A stretch of DNA of 62,971 nucleotides, counting the filler, from Rhabdomonas costata (taxonomy: Eukaryota): the NCBI GenBank assembly GCA_019059605.1. It is 51 parts of 51 records of this genome, joined end to end, with 100 filler letters (N's around TTAATTAATTAA, not from the genome) between each part and the next. Parts side by side here need not be neighbours in the genome. Positions count along the whole stretch, not along the records: positions 59,364 to 60,499 come from JAHMHO010026810.1; positions 60,600 to 61,735 come from JAHMHO010026811.1; positions 61,836 to 62,971 come from JAHMHO010026812.1; 48 more parts are not named here. One strand, given 5' to 3'. Below, in pieces: positions 60,241 through 62,971 of the stretch (position 1 is its first letter; every line of letters begins with the position of its first letter). A program made the position numbers and the translations under genes. The notes beneath the pieces are model-generated. The model made no database searches. It was not told the origin of the DNA and saw nothing but the letters and a program-made list of their open reading frames with translations.

Positions 60241-62971
60241 GTGGTGTTCGGAATCACAACCTCCCTTTTGCTGGGTCCCATCTGTTGAATTCTCACACTA
60301 CCTGCAAGCGCTCCGTTTGAATTTGAACCAGTATCTTTTTTTTTCAACTGACCTATTCTCTGGTGAGGCAAGGATGAGCCAGAGGTTGCTGATGCCCCTT
60401 CTAATCTGCTTGTGGGCTTGTGCGTCTCCAGCTGCTCATTTCCTTCCTTCCTTCCGTCCGTCCGTCCTTCCTTCTTTCCTTCCTTTGCAGGGCCACCACN
60501 NNNNNNNNNNNNNNNNNNNNNNNNNNNNNNNNNNNNNNNNNNNTTAATTAATTAANNNNNNNNNNNNNNNNNNNNNNNNNNNNNNNNNNNNNNNNNNNNG
60601 GTGGTGGTTTCCCTGATGCATTTGGGTATTGAGCGGCTTGAAAAACTTGGATTCAGAAACTAGGGGTATGCCCAAAACCTCTACCCGAGAGTATGGTCCA
60701 AATGGCGGCGTCCACCCTACCACCAGCAACCCACCCGTTAAGTACTCTTGGCAACGGCACGGTTAGTTTAAATTTTTCGACACGTGCAATAATTGATGCA
60801 AATGCGTCATCATTGTATTCTGATGGGAAGATTCGTGTGAAATGACTCACCCATGAAAGAGGAATGGTAGTGAGATCCAGTTCCCTCCAAAGTGGGATGA
60901 ATCGTCCGAAGAGAAAAAAATTAGTGGTATGGTTCAGGAGATTAAGGAAGTTCAACTTCAATAGAGTTCATGAATGTCTGAGATATGACACGCCCTTATT
61001 CCTTCCTCCTGAAGGGGATCGGCCGAGTGTGGCTGCATGCTGTTCCAACCTTTTATTTGTGTGCTGTTGGTGGCTCCCCAAAGAGTTTGCTCCATAGGTG
61101 TAACCACAAATTAATCCCTCTAGAACTGTGCTCGAGCATGCCAAATACTCTATTTGAGTCTGGACTCTATCCTATTGATGAGATATTGGTCTGCAGAAGC
61201 ATTTCGGCGGCAACCTGTGTTGTCACCACGGCTTGATGCGAATAGCGTCCTGTGAAAAAAGGCGCTTCCTTAATGGAAATTTTGCACCAGGTACACTGTA
61301 GCATACTTCGAGTCAGAAATTGAAAGTTGTTGGTGATCACTTTGTGGCACAATTCCGTTTTCCAAAGATGTTGACCACTAAAGTGGAAGTCAAGCGACGA
61401 TGTACTGGAAAAAGGTGGAGGGATGGTATTGCAAAAAACGGCGCAGTCTCACAGGAGCATTGCTGGTGGTTATCATACTCACGGTCTACGGTCTGAGGCG
61501 GTGGGTTGCAGTGTATGTTGACAAGGAAAACATAAGGTGTGTGTTGATGGAGAGGTCGACTCAGGAGTTGTGTGTATGCGTGGTTCGGAATCGTGTGGTT
61601 CACGTATGCACCGTCTATGTCGTCTTCGCCTTCGGGACAACTGGAGAGTGGACAGGCACAAAGAAAGTGATAGTAGGTGGTTTCCATGGCACTTGGAATA
61701 TTAGAATTCCCACAAAACCCAACCACACCCAACACNNNNNNNNNNNNNNNNNNNNNNNNNNNNNNNNNNNNNNNNNNNNTTAATTAATTAANNNNNNNNN
61801 NNNNNNNNNNNNNNNNNNNNNNNNNNNNNNNNNNNGTGTGGGTGTGTTTGGTGGGTGGGGTGGCTCTCTGGTCGGGCACCCCGCCCCTGCAGTGTTTGCG
61901 CTGGCCGTGGGGCTGCAGCAGCTGTGGTTCTACCGGTAAGGGGCCCGGGAAGGGTTCTATGGTCCCACTCTTCTGCAGAGAGAGACTGGCGGATTGTCTC
62001 GAAGTCTCTTGGACTTCTTCCTCTCATGTTTGCGGCTGCCTCCAGCTGGGTTCCTGGTCTCAGCTCCATTTTTGCATTGTATCTTTTTGATTTTTGACTG
62101 AGCGGGTAACGTGTTTTTGTTTTTTGTTTTGTTGCCCCTTCACACTGCTTTCCTGGTCAGTGGTGTGCAACCTATCCCTCCCATATGTGGCTTGTGGAGG
62201 AAGGGGGGGGGGGTAGTATTCTCTCCGTGTGTGCTAGTGGACGGCGGAGTTGCATGTCCTGAACGGCGTTGGGGTACCCAGTCTCTTCCTAGCCTCCCTC
62301 CCGCATGCCTGCCCCCTGTCCCCTCCAAACCGCACCCTCCTATCCCTCGCACTGACCTTCTCATTTCTTTCTTTTGCGCCGCACCTCCTGGACGCCCGCT
62401 GGTCGATCCAGCTCGCGGCTGTAAATAAGTGAATAACACCCCCTCCGGACTTCTGTGCTAACCCTCAGTCGTTTCCGCAAAAACCCAAAAACCACCAGGA
62501 CCCGAAACACCAGGACCCCGGTATCACCAGCTTTGTTGGGCGTCCCCCATTCTCGAAAGTCTCGAAATCGTCCTGGCTTTGCCCCGTGAACCCATATGCA
62601 ACTCTCACCCCCACCACGTCCCATTGTTACTTCGCTCTATTCTTCTCTCCAGTTTTGTCCTTGATAGGTGGTGGCAGAAAGTTGTGTGGGGTCTTTACCT
62701 CCCGATCCCCTGGCCGGCACTAACTGCCCTCTTCCTACCGATGCCTCCCACCTCCTGTCACATCCCCTTTTTCGCGTGCCTATGTGTTTCCTTTTTCTGC
62801 CCTTGTGGGTTCCCCTGTTTGTCAACAACCAACCACAGTTTGTGCCCCTTCTTTCGTCTATCCCTTTTTTTTGTGTTTTGTGCGTGTGCTTGTCGATTAC
62901 GGCAGACGGCAGCATCTCTGTACAGCCAGCCCGCGCTGCTCCTCAACGGCAAAAAGGTTGAAGGCGAACAC

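Overview
This is not a continuous locus. It is 51 unrelated contigs of about 1.12-1.15 kb joined by 100-nt artificial spacers (N-run + TTAATTAATTAA + N-run), so neighbouring contigs have no synteny. The DNA is from an intron-rich eukaryote using the standard code, most probably a euglenid (Euglenozoa): the GAPDH C-terminus is of the euglenozoan glycosomal type but lacks a PTS1, spliceosomal introns are frequent, and a GH64 beta-1,3-glucanase is present. G/T-only contig starts, C/A-only contig ends and repeated terminal fold-backs indicate a whole-genome-amplified library. Recognisable gene fragments (exons rebuilt by hand): F-box protein, carbamoyl-phosphate synthetase, two Kelch proteins, inositol 5-phosphatase, two class III nucleotide cyclases, PDI-like protein, Rab GTPase, GH64, MORN protein, enoyl-CoA hydratase, GAR-domain protein, AFG1, alpha-kinase, AMP deaminase, NEMP-like protein, CDK5RAP1/MiaB, GAPDH, HSP70, WDR63/IC140, DEAD-box helicase and an MSH2-like exon. 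Most notable: (1) about one in five homology-anchored 5' splice sites is GC rather than GT, with a degenerate AG|GYNYG-like consensus and many AAG acceptors; (2) a structured ~70-nt element with a GAAA-tetraloop hairpin shared by two contigs; (3) an AT-rich intronless contig encoding a virus-like fibre-repeat protein; (4) two Merlin/ISXO2-like transposon remnants; (5) a Rab with Ala in place of the catalytic Gln. All identifications are by eye; no searches were run.
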